DNA of 64,000 nucleotides from a virus. The DNA lies in IMG/VR virus record IMGVR_UViG_3300022885_000003, positions 32,001 through 96,000 of that record, one strand, 5' to 3'. The position numbers and the translations under genes are program-made. Of this stretch, positions 48,659 through 56,816 are shown piece after piece. The number at the start of each line of letters is the position of its first letter. The first letter of the stretch is position 1. Under the pieces are notes generated by a model that was not told where the DNA came from, searched no databases, and was given only the letters and a program-made list of their open reading frames with translations.

Positions 48659-49069
48659 CTATCTTTGGAAAGGTCGCGTTTTAACCATCTCCTTGAATTG
48701 CTCTATCGTTGACTTGTCTGTTAAGACTAAAGCATACGTGTGACCCATCAAATCAGCAGCGATAAGGCGGTGCCGTCCGTCTGTGAACTCTAAATATTTC
48801 CCATTAACAACATGAATTAGGCTTGGATTCATATAACCACCAGATGTCCAATGTTCTTGTGCGCAGGATATACGTCGTGCTTTACCTGTTTCCCCGCCTG
48901 ATGGGTCACCTATTGGTAAACGCTGCCACTGTGATGTATGATTGAAAATATCGTTGATGTTTGCCCAAATCAGGATAAGGGACGGGTCTTCAAGATCTCT
49001 CTTGCCGGTACCATATGATTGTGATGGTTCAGTTGCCCATCTTAATTCTTCGAGCTCTTTGAGTTTCAT
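48659..49069 (-). CDS. ParB/sulfiredoxin-like domain protein with CTS-like leader
   Basis: PSLI...FTDGRHRLIAA..MG; starts MKLKELEE; TAAATA immediately upstream. Confidence 0.75.
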   Translation of the reverse strand: MKLKELEELRWATEPSQSYGTGKRDLEDPSLILIWANINDIFNHTSQWQRLPIGDPSGGETGKARRISCAQEHWTSGGYMNPSLIHVVNGKYLEFTDGRHRLIAADLMGHTYALVLTDKSTIEQFKEMVKTRPFQR

Positions 49070-49073
49070 AAAA

Positions 49074-49508
49074 CTATTTAGTTTCTGGCTTATGCAAAGC
49101 GTTTATTCGTCTAATTTCATTTAGGACATTTCCAAAATTCATGGCATCTGATTTTGGAACATCCGGAAAAACTTCTCGAATCCAGTTATCGATTTGTTCG
49201 TGATCAACAACAGTGGAACAACCATGATAGAAGCAAATCCATCGACCTTCAATTTTTTGGAAGGACAGTTCAACCACTACTGGTCTCCCCGCAATTCTAC
49301 CAACTTCCTGCATCCCGCCTTGTCGACTCCGATCATCCCAATGAACTCGATATTTCCTATCTTTTTCTAATTCATAACGAGCATGATCCGACTCAAGTGC
49401 TGTCTCCTTCCATAAGAAAAAAGAAGCATCGTTGGATCCGTCAACCAATCCTACAATTTGTGGTATAAGTTTTTGGCATTCATCATTTAGTGCGACAGAA
49501 ACGTGCAT
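49074..49508 (-). CDS. hypothetical phage protein
   Basis: Probable start MHVSVAL; FY..S.VVDH..I..W..DAMNF motif. Confidence 0.65.
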   Translation of the reverse strand: MHVSVALNDECQKLIPQIVGLVDGSNDASFFLWKETALESDHARYELEKDRKYRVHWDDRSRQGGMQEVGRIAGRPVVVELSFQKIEGRWICFYHGCSTVVDHEQIDNWIREVFPDVPKSDAMNFGNVLNEIRRINALHKPETK

Positions 49509-49675
49509 TATACTATCCCATGTTTCTTTAGGGTTGCTACGAAATAATTGAGGCCTTCTTGTGTGTCGATGTGATAGCCGCCAACGACTTCCATTCCGCA
49601 AATTTTGTGATCCAGGACCCTTTCAGATGGATGCGGGCAACCGCAATCACCAGAAACACGGATATCCTTTCGACC
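49508..49675 (-). pseudogene. orphan 3' gene fragment (IRVSGDCGCP...YHIDTQEGL) out of frame with the upstream repeat gene
   Basis: Protein-like C-terminal segment without its own RBS/start; overlaps the abrupt end of 49647..49877. Confidence 0.45.
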
Positions 49676-49877
49676 ATTCTGTTCTCCCATTTGGATATTC
49701 AACAGCAGGTCCATCAATTCGATGTAATTCCCCATTCACATACCACTGTTTTGTTCCATCTGCGCATTCAAGAGCGGGGGCGCCTTCTCGATGAATGGAT
49801 GGTATTAATGACTGATATTCATCGAAAGATATCCATTTGTTTCCATCTCTTGTCCATATATGAATATTCTTTTCCAT
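49647..49877 (-). CDS. truncated HRxDGPA repeat protein (duplicate of 49880..50329)
   Basis: Same MEKNIHIWTRDG start; 2 repeats; lacks the C-terminal helix. Confidence 0.65.
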   Translation of the reverse strand: MEKNIHIWTRDGNKWISFDEYQSLIPSIHREGAPALECADGTKQWYVNGELHRIDGPAVEYPNGRTEWSKGYPCFW

Positions 49878-49879
49878 AT

Positions 49880-50329
49880 TTAACCCCACGTCATCTTAAT
49901 TAAAACCAAATCTTGTTTTGTCGTATTATATGGGTCGATATCATTTTCTTTAAACCAACTCAGAGGTATATGGCCTCCATTCAAATACCACGCATTTGAT
50001 CCATCTACGCCTTCAACAGCCGGACCATCATGTCGATGTAATTCCCCATTCACATACCACTGGTTTGTTCCATACTTAAATTCAAGAGCTGGCCCATCAA
50101 TTCGATGTAGTTTTCCGTCCTTGTACCATACCTTTGATCCATCCGCAGATTCAATAGCTGGTCCATCAAGTCGATGTCGTTTTCCATCAACCCACCACTC
50201 CTTTGTTCCATCTGCATCTATAAGAGCTGGGCCGCCATCTCGATGCAGGAATAATAATGATGACTGATATTCATCATTAGATATCCATTTGTCTCCATCT
50301 CTTGTCCATATATGAATATTCTTTTCCAT
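49880..50329 (-). CDS. HRxDGPA repeat protein with FKLxW-like tail
   Basis: 4 repeats; ends SWFKENDIDPYNTTKQDLVLIKMTWG. Confidence 0.8.
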   Translation of the reverse strand: MEKNIHIWTRDGDKWISNDEYQSSLLFLHRDGGPALIDADGTKEWWVDGKRHRLDGPAIESADGSKVWYKDGKLHRIDGPALEFKYGTNQWYVNGELHRHDGPAVEGVDGSNAWYLNGGHIPLSWFKENDIDPYNTTKQDLVLIKMTWG

Positions 50330-50331
50330 AT

Positions 50332-50685
50332 CTAGCACCATGTCATTTTAAACAACACTGCGTCATCGCAGTTTTCGAACCAATACAAATCACCGGAAAG
50401 ACTGCACCATTTATGTTCAGTATTTTCTATTATCCATATAATTTTTACTGGGTACATCCCATCAGAATTGAATTCTCGTCGTGTGAAAAATGTTTCAACC
50501 ATATGTCCGTCATCAATATCACCGCTGTCCAATTTGTCATTATATCGTGGCAGATTGCCTAAATCAGAAGTTAGCCATTCCGGATAATTTTCAATTTTTC
50601 CTTGAAAATGTTTCATAATCTCAACAACACCAATACTGATTTTTCTTTTATTCCAACCAGTTGGATATTCTAGTTCATTTGTCAT
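50332..50685 (-). CDS. FKLxW-family protein
   Basis: WIIENT..W...YWFENCDDAVLFKMTW. Confidence 0.75.
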   Translation of the reverse strand: MTNELEYPTGWNKRKISIGVVEIMKHFQGKIENYPEWLTSDLGNLPRYNDKLDSGDIDDGHMVETFFTRREFNSDGMYPVKIIWIIENTEHKWCSLSGDLYWFENCDDAVLFKMTWC

Positions 50686-50686
50686 T

Positions 50687-51025
50687 TTATCCCCACGCCA
50701 ACTTAATTAAGAGTTGATCTTCAATTGATGGCGGCAACTCAATTCCCATTTCGTCTAGCCATGAATCAATCCTTTGATCATTGACCCAATATTGCTCTTC
50801 TATAATGTTTCCGGACATGAAATACTTGGTGCAAGCTGGGCCATCAATTCGATGTCTTTTTCCGTTGTTATAATACAAAGCATCATTCAGAATGTTTCCT
50901 GGATAATAACTGATAAACGCTGGACCATCTTCTCGATGAAAACAAAACTTGGGGGGAATTCGGTAACGCTCCTCAAATAAATTACCATCCATCCCGTAAG
51001 TTTGTGTTCGGATTACATTTTCCAT
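50687..51025 (-). CDS. HRxDGPA/MORN-like protein with FKLxW-like tail
   Basis: FHREDGPA, HRIDGPA; ends EDQLLIKLAWG. Confidence 0.78.
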   Translation of the reverse strand: MENVIRTQTYGMDGNLFEERYRIPPKFCFHREDGPAFISYYPGNILNDALYYNNGKRHRIDGPACTKYFMSGNIIEEQYWVNDQRIDSWLDEMGIELPPSIEDQLLIKLAWG

Positions 51026-51027
51026 TT

Positions 51028-51264
51028 TTAACACCATACCATTTTGAACAAAGTGGCCTCTTCGATATCATATATACAAAAAATCATCCTAGAAAGATGC
51101 TCATAATTAGTAATATTATCCATTAGCCATGTATTCAACATTTCAACTTCGAAATATTCAGTAATTAGAATACTAAAATAAACGGCGGGTTCAAGGCGAA
51201 GATGTTCAAGATAAAAATCTTCCCGGTCAGCTTGAACAACAACTAAGGTATCGATATCTTCCAT
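51028..51264 (-). CDS. FKLxW-family small protein
   Basis: TWLMDN...IEEATLFKMVW. Confidence 0.7.
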   Translation of the reverse strand: MEDIDTLVVVQADREDFYLEHLRLEPAVYFSILITEYFEVEMLNTWLMDNITNYEHLSRMIFCIYDIEEATLFKMVWC

Positions 51265-51653
51265 TATAGTTCCCCGCCCCAACATATCTGCATTAATACT
51301 TGTTCTTCTTTAGTAATATTGGTTATGTCGATGATATTATCCTTGATCCATTCATCCGGGATTCGATTCCCATCCACAAACCACGCTTTGGTTCCATCTG
51401 GATATTCAATAGCTGGTCCATCAATTCGGTGTCGATTCCCGTTTATAAACCACTCTTTTTTACCATTGGCGCGTTTGATTGCGGGGCCATCGGCGTGGTG
51501 GCGTTTTCCGTATATATACCATTCAACTGATCCATTTTTAAATACAACCGCTGGGCCATTAATTCGATGTAGAGCGTTTCGATATAGATCGTTATCAATA
51601 AACCACATCTTTGTACCGTATGGAGAAATATCTGGATTAGTCTTTTTAGACAT
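51264..51653 (-). CDS. HRxDGPA repeat protein with FKLxW-like tail
   Basis: 3 repeats; WIKDNIIDITNITKEEQVLMQICW. Confidence 0.78.
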   Translation of the reverse strand: MSKKTNPDISPYGTKMWFIDNDLYRNALHRINGPAVVFKNGSVEWYIYGKRHHADGPAIKRANGKKEWFINGNRHRIDGPAIEYPDGTKAWFVDGNRIPDEWIKDNIIDITNITKEEQVLMQICWGGEL

Positions 51654-51700
51654 TATCAATTATCCACATGAATATATCTTTTCATATTAGCCAATGTTTA

Positions 51701-52126
51701 TCACTTCACTTCGTACGGCTTGTTCCACTTACCAATGTTCATCCGAACATGATAACCAATGTCGAAATAGTCCGACTGGATGTCGCTGTTATCATAATTC
51801 TTGATGTTCATCGCCTTCAGCAATGCAACAATTACCTTCTGGGCTTCATCGGTAAAATGTTCATGTGCCCAGAACGGGTTGATATCAATGCTGTCTTCAG
51901 CGAGTCGATTCTTCATGTGGTCTGTGATATATTTGTTCTTTTCTTCGGCTACCGCGTTATAGTTGCCAATGAAGTCAATCGGCCCACTTTTAACATTCAA
52001 TGTGAGCATCGTACCGTTGCTAACAGCGAGGGAATACTTCAACTTTCCCTTCAAACCAAGGATTTCAACGGTTGCATCAATCGCCGCTTTGATTTCTTTT
52101 TTCATTTCCTGGTTCATGTACGCCAT
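51701..52126 (-). CDS. phage early protein of unknown function
   Basis: YDNSDIQSDYFDIGY..IGKWNKPY motif; strong promoter cassette. Confidence 0.75.
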   Translation of the reverse strand: MAYMNQEMKKEIKAAIDATVEILGLKGKLKYSLAVSNGTMLTLNVKSGPIDFIGNYNAVAEEKNKYITDHMKNRLAEDSIDINPFWAHEHFTDEAQKVIVALLKAMNIKNYDNSDIQSDYFDIGYHVRMNIGKWNKPYEVK

Positions 52127-52189
52127 TTTCGATCTCCGTGTTGCTGTTTGCTTATGTCATAATTATAACATGGAATGACGACATGTCAA
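52127..52189 (-). promoter_or_regulatory. early promoter plus conserved leader cassette
   Basis: TTGACA-N16-TATAAT-TATGACATAAGCAAACAGCAACACGGAGATCGAAA-ATG. Confidence 0.75.
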
Positions 52190-52191
52190 CC

Positions 52192-52461
52192 TTACGAAAA
52201 GGTTAAACGGAATAAAACAGCGTCTTCTTTAGATTTAAAATAAAAGGATTTTACGCCAGTGTAATAAAGGTCCGATGAGGTGCTATACCATTCATCGGTT
52301 ACATTGTTAATAATCCATATACGTAACTGCCAAACCGATGTTCCAATTGCGTGTCTCAATGAGTCTGACATTTCAACCGGGTTCCAAGTATCAAATACTT
52401 CTCTCTTCTTAGCCGCTCGTTCGACGCCCAGCAATGTATGTACTTCAAGATCCGACATCAT
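52192..52461 (-). CDS. FKLxW-family small protein
   Basis: IWIINN..W...FYFKSKEDAVLFRLTF. Confidence 0.72.
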   Translation of the reverse strand: MMSDLEVHTLLGVERAAKKREVFDTWNPVEMSDSLRHAIGTSVWQLRIWIINNVTDEWYSTSSDLYYTGVKSFYFKSKEDAVLFRLTFS

Positions 52462-52467
52462 TCATCC

Positions 52468-52974
52468 CTATTTGATATATGCACCGAGTTCGATTTCTTC
52501 TTTGGTTAATAATGCCATATAGGCCGTCCGTAATTCGGCTCTCTTAATCTTCTGGTCGGCCTTGGAAACATTCTTCTTAAAAACCTTTGATTGCCATCTC
52601 CACGGCATGACGCCATTAACTCGATAAATTTCCATATATTGCGTGGCGGCGAAAGCATATGCCTGGATCTTCTTCTCGTCATCCAATCCCGGAAAGATTG
52701 TCACTGTGGACAGAAATTCCTTCACCGCGAATTTAACGGTCAATGGAGCATTACCGAGAACACTGTTGATATCCCGGTGCGATGCAACCAAATTCCATTG
52801 ATCACGTTTGACAAATTTGTGAATCTTCCGCAATGCATCCTGCGAGACCAAATGTTCAACCGAATAAGTGTCGTCGATTAATTTCACACCTGTGTAAAAG
52901 CACGTCGAATACGTAGAACGAACATATTCTTTGGGAGTAAGACGCTTACCATTCACTTGATTATCATTGAGCAT
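52468..52974 (-). CDS. HNH-like nuclease-domain protein
   Basis: CFYTG...SVEHLV...WNLVASHRDIN. Confidence 0.65.
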   Translation of the reverse strand: MLNDNQVNGKRLTPKEYVRSTYSTCFYTGVKLIDDTYSVEHLVSQDALRKIHKFVKRDQWNLVASHRDINSVLGNAPLTVKFAVKEFLSTVTIFPGLDDEKKIQAYAFAATQYMEIYRVNGVMPWRWQSKVFKKNVSKADQKIKRAELRTAYMALLTKEEIELGAYIK

Positions 52975-53035
52975 ATCGATCCCTTTGATTCCGTGTTATG
53001 CTATTATTATAACATGGATCGATATGTTGTCAACC

Positions 53036-53302
53036 TTAGTGATACAGATATGCTGCCGGCGTTCCTTCAAAATCATCTGATGGGATATGAGCCATATCAA
53101 CGTCGATTCCGTATGGCTCATACCCGTAATGAGTCTCACCGTTTGAGTCGGCCCATCCATTTTTTGAATTTAATTGTTTTAGGATTTTGTCAATATACTG
53201 ACAAGATACTGCAACTGTTCTTAAACTATGGCAATTACATAACTGCCGTTGAACGATCGCGTCTCGTCTGAGGCTTAGAAATTGATACTTCGTCATATAC
53301 AT
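53036..53302 (-). CDS. hypothetical protein
   Basis: AAGGAG RBS; dual early/late promoter upstream. Confidence 0.65.
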   Translation of the reverse strand: MYMTKYQFLSLRRDAIVQRQLCNCHSLRTVAVSCQYIDKILKQLNSKNGWADSNGETHYGYEPYGIDVDMAHIPSDDFEGTPAAYLYH

Positions 53303-53423
53303 TTTGCATCTCCTTAATGGAGTTTGACGTCTTTCGCAAATGCGGGGCGCGTGGCATTCCCTTGCTATTATTTATAATATAATACTGTTCGGGTATGTTG
53401 TCAAGTTTTAAAATGTAAGTTTT

Positions 53424-53654
53424 TCATTGCTGCCACACCAGTTTCACCATAACAGCATCTTCAAGTGAAAGGCTAAAGATCATATCAGGTGAACCAGTAT
53501 AACATTTAATATCAAATATACCGTTTAATTCCAAATTTATCCACTTTAGGAATTTGGCATATTCATAACCATCATCAAAATCAAGTGTATAGTGTTTCTT
53601 ATTTCGATCTAAGTGAAATCTTTCGATTTCATTTTCTTTTAATTCAACCAACAT
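53424..53654 (-). CDS. FKLxW-family small protein
   Basis: KWINLE...FSLSLEDAVMVKLVW. Confidence 0.7.
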   Translation of the reverse strand: MLVELKENEIERFHLDRNKKHYTLDFDDGYEYAKFLKWINLELNGIFDIKCYTGSPDMIFSLSLEDAVMVKLVWQQ

Positions 53655-54231
53655 GATGTTTATACCTCACAGTCTCTTGGTTATGGGTTACCTTCCATGC
53701 TGAGAATTTAACACACGGGAACTCATCTTTCAACTCCAAAAACGAATCCAAATTCTTTTCATAATCGTCGATCATTTTCACATGCGTATAATTTCCATTA
53801 GAAAGATAAACTCGCATGATATCCTTTTTTAATATGTTGCTTGATCCACGTTTGTTTCCTGCGCGTTCAACATACATGTTGTCGATGTCTAGTCCATGAT
53901 CACGGAATGTTTGCAGGAATGGCTCTTTATCATAGAAATCTTGTCGGGCGGTAAGGAGAATCATTTCAGAACCAACCTCAGACTTAACCTTTTCATGTAT
54001 ATCATTAATTTTTTGAATCACATTGTGTATTGGTTTTGACGTTCGTTTAAAGAGATCACCATCTTTGAATTCGTGAAAATCGTAAGACTCACCGTTTTTT
54101 AGCTCATAAGCGTTGAATTCCTGATTGTCTAATTCACAAACGATTTGCCCATCATTCATAACTCGCACTTTGGCAAAAGTCTGGAATAAGGTTTCATCAA
54201 TATCTATCATATAAAGGGCTTTTCTTATCAT
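53644..54231 (-). CDS. HAD-superfamily phosphatase
   Basis: IDIDETLF, LTAR, K, MIDDYEKNL. Confidence 0.82.
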   Translation of the reverse strand: MIRKALYMIDIDETLFQTFAKVRVMNDGQIVCELDNQEFNAYELKNGESYDFHEFKDGDLFKRTSKPIHNVIQKINDIHEKVKSEVGSEMILLTARQDFYDKEPFLQTFRDHGLDIDNMYVERAGNKRGSSNILKKDIMRVYLSNGNYTHVKMIDDYEKNLDSFLELKDEFPCVKFSAWKVTHNQETVRYKHHVG

Positions 54232-54261
54232 AATAGCATTATAACACCATTATGTAAAATG

Positions 54262-54933
54262 TCAAGCTAGTAATTGCGGCAGATAATGTTCCCATGACAA
54301 TGGTATTGCATAATAACTATTTGGTCCAGTAATTAATACCTCTTTTCCTTCTTCAATAGCCATTTCTAAATTTGTATTCATTGGTTCATACTGTTCAGTC
54401 ATCAAATAAAGTTGATCCATAATAAATTTCTCCGCTGTTGGAAAATCGTTATGTGATTCATCATCGTCTAAGTTACGATATTCCTCGAGACTATCATCGA
54501 TGATTGCGTTGAATACAAAATACATATAATCACCTTTATTTTGGTTTTTGAACCAAGTATATTGGAATCCATTCATCGGAAACACAATAAACGGAGATCC
54601 CCAATCTTTGGCAATCTTCATACGGGGACTAGTAAAAATTGAATTTCCTCGAACAGCCTTCATGCCTTGTCTATGCAACACATCGTCAATCATATCCTGG
54701 CGATTACTACTCATATCAACAGGTGTTCTATATTCCCAATAATCTATTTTATTGCCCGTTGGTCGGATTCCATTTATTCCTCTATATAAAGCGTTTCCGT
54801 TTGCTTTACGATAAACATCAATGATTTCTGAACAATCATTTTGAATTAGTTCGACAAATTCGTCTACACTTGAAACTATATCATCTAATTCTTCGGTATG
54901 TGGTGCTTCTTCTGTTAATTCATTGTATCTCAT
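54262..54933 (-). CDS. CTS-leader protein with an ADP-ribosyltransferase-like domain
   Basis: MRYNELTEE; LYRG...IFTS...WG..FIVFP...EVLI pattern; paralogous to the C-domain of 58124. Confidence 0.55.
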   Translation of the reverse strand: MRYNELTEEAPHTEELDDIVSSVDEFVELIQNDCSEIIDVYRKANGNALYRGINGIRPTGNKIDYWEYRTPVDMSSNRQDMIDDVLHRQGMKAVRGNSIFTSPRMKIAKDWGSPFIVFPMNGFQYTWFKNQNKGDYMYFVFNAIIDDSLEEYRNLDDDESHNDFPTAEKFIMDQLYLMTEQYEPMNTNLEMAIEEGKEVLITGPNSYYAIPLSWEHYLPQLLA

Positions 54934-55691
54934 TCGGTATAGTCCTTAATAACGCGATATACAGTTTTTAGGAATTTTTTCCATGTTTCACCAGCAGCTG
55001 GATTGTTTCGCAACGAATTATAATATTCTTTCATAGTATTTGAATACTGGATAGCATCTTTAATTCCATCCTGTGTTCTCAATTTGCTTAGAATAGTTTC
55101 CAAGTCTCTATCATAGGCAAATAGTAACTGATGAGCGGCATTATTGGCATAAGCTTCAATCTCAATTGGTTGCCCAAAATAATCTGTCCTCTCATTCCCT
55201 GTATTTGATAAACTTTTATCAAAACCATACATCTCTTTTTCTTGGTCTAATGGTCTTTTGTTTATTTGGATAAAATGTAAAACTTCGTGCGAGAACATTT
55301 GGGCCAGTAAATTTGAAATCTGTTCCACGTCTCCTTCACCTTTAATAATATCAATAAAATGTTGCTTATCAACATAAAGCTCAATCGATAATTTATTAGT
55401 GGAATATTCCATATTTCCCATTTCATCTGCTTTATGAGTAAAAATAGTCAACATAATGGAAAATTCATCACTGAAATTAATTGTAAAGTAAGAATTTAAA
55501 TCAATATTTTTTACTATTTTCCTAAACGCATTTTCCAATTTATCAGATAAAAGTCTTGAGCAAGAAAGAATATTTCGATTATGAATATCACCTGTACCGA
55601 AATATTCATTTAAGACCTGCATAGAATGTTTATATGCTACATCATAAAATGGTTTAGTATTTGTCCGATCCAATAATTCATATAAACGCAT
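54930..55691 (-). CDS. CTS-leader protein with a zincin metallopeptidase motif
   Basis: MRLYELL; HEVLH plus Y...P.EIEAYA. Confidence 0.7.
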   Translation of the reverse strand: MRLYELLDRTNTKPFYDVAYKHSMQVLNEYFGTGDIHNRNILSCSRLLSDKLENAFRKIVKNIDLNSYFTINFSDEFSIMLTIFTHKADEMGNMEYSTNKLSIELYVDKQHFIDIIKGEGDVEQISNLLAQMFSHEVLHFIQINKRPLDQEKEMYGFDKSLSNTGNERTDYFGQPIEIEAYANNAAHQLLFAYDRDLETILSKLRTQDGIKDAIQYSNTMKEYYNSLRNNPAAGETWKKFLKTVYRVIKDYTE

Positions 55692-56815
55692 TATAATTCT
55701 CTTATATAATTCTGTGCATCTCGTATATTGTCGAATCGTTCATTATTGATATAAAATTCCATTTTATCACGTTGATCTCTAAGTTGTCTTAATGCATATT
55801 TTTTTGTTTCAGGTGACATGGAATTAAATTCCATACCAAATTCTTGCGGGCGGTCATACACTCTTATCCATCCTCGATTTAACGCAACTTCCAAATAACC
55901 TTCTAAATCTAAATCTTCTGGGTCATCTACATATTGATTTAAATGATCAGAGGCTACATTTTCGTGGTGGTAATCGTTTTCGTAATCAACATCGATTCTA
56001 TTACCATTCTCATCTATCCACCACCCTTTCCAATCTTTAGTGATATTGAAGTTTTCGTCAATAACGGTATTTCCCATATTTTTTATATTGTCTGGATGCA
56101 ATGGCCCCGGAACTGATTCACCACCATCGAAATATCTTAGTTCAACTGGTAACGTTTTCCAACCAAGTTTAGCTGCGGCCATAATACGATGATTTCCTTC
56201 ACTTACCCAAGGTTGACCGTCATATCCAACAACGATAAATGGAGCGTATTCCGAATCATTATCCTTAGACATTGGTGGTAGTCTATCATTGGCCTGCATG
56301 TAATTTGTTAGCCAATCCAAATCTTCTTGTCGAACGTTCTTCTGTTCGCCACTGGCTCCAGGTATATTTTTTAAAAGAGATACTGGTAAACGAACATAAT
56401 CACTGAATGAGCCAGTCATTGTGCTCATAAAAGGCTTACCGTGTACATTCCGACCCATTTCTTTGGCATATTCGATCTTTCCACGTAACCAATCACCGCC
56501 AGGGTTATCTACTCTAAGTTTTGTCTGATTGCCGCTATTTTCATTTATATTTTCGGATACGGTGATCCTATTACCAACTTGTCCTTTCATATAATTAGAA
56601 GCGGATAATGCATCGTTGATAGGAGTGCCGTTAACCATCCAGGATGAAACACCTCGATCGTTCCATTCGTTAACATCTTTAAGAATAGAATTAAATTCTT
56701 CTTCGATTATGATGCTTGGATCAAAGGTGATTGTAACTTCAGCCGTTGATGGATTAACATCAAATCCTTCGAAGATTGGTTCATATTTATAATCGAATAG
56801 TTCTTTTAAATACAT
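55691..56815 (-). CDS. CTS-leader multidomain protein with ParB/Srx-like and GWIR domains
   Basis: MYLKELF; PFIVV...EGNHRIMAAAKLG; C-terminal WWID..H..GWIRV domain. Confidence 0.7.
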   Translation of the reverse strand: MYLKELFDYKYEPIFEGFDVNPSTAEVTITFDPSIIIEEEFNSILKDVNEWNDRGVSSWMVNGTPINDALSASNYMKGQVGNRITVSENINENSGNQTKLRVDNPGGDWLRGKIEYAKEMGRNVHGKPFMSTMTGSFSDYVRLPVSLLKNIPGASGEQKNVRQEDLDWLTNYMQANDRLPPMSKDNDSEYAPFIVVGYDGQPWVSEGNHRIMAAAKLGWKTLPVELRYFDGGESVPGPLHPDNIKNMGNTVIDENFNITKDWKGWWIDENGNRIDVDYENDYHHENVASDHLNQYVDDPEDLDLEGYLEVALNRGWIRVYDRPQEFGMEFNSMSPETKKYALRQLRDQRDKMEFYINNERFDNIRDAQNYIREL

Positions 56816-56816
56816 A

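Noticed and set aside
52468-52974. Mobile homing endonuclease or intron
   Set aside because: The HNH-like ORF is free-standing with its own promoter cassette; no interrupted host gene or intron structure seen
53320-53365. c-di-GMP or other known riboswitch
   Set aside because: Contains GAAA but lacks the recognisable consensus; kept only as a low-interest structured leader
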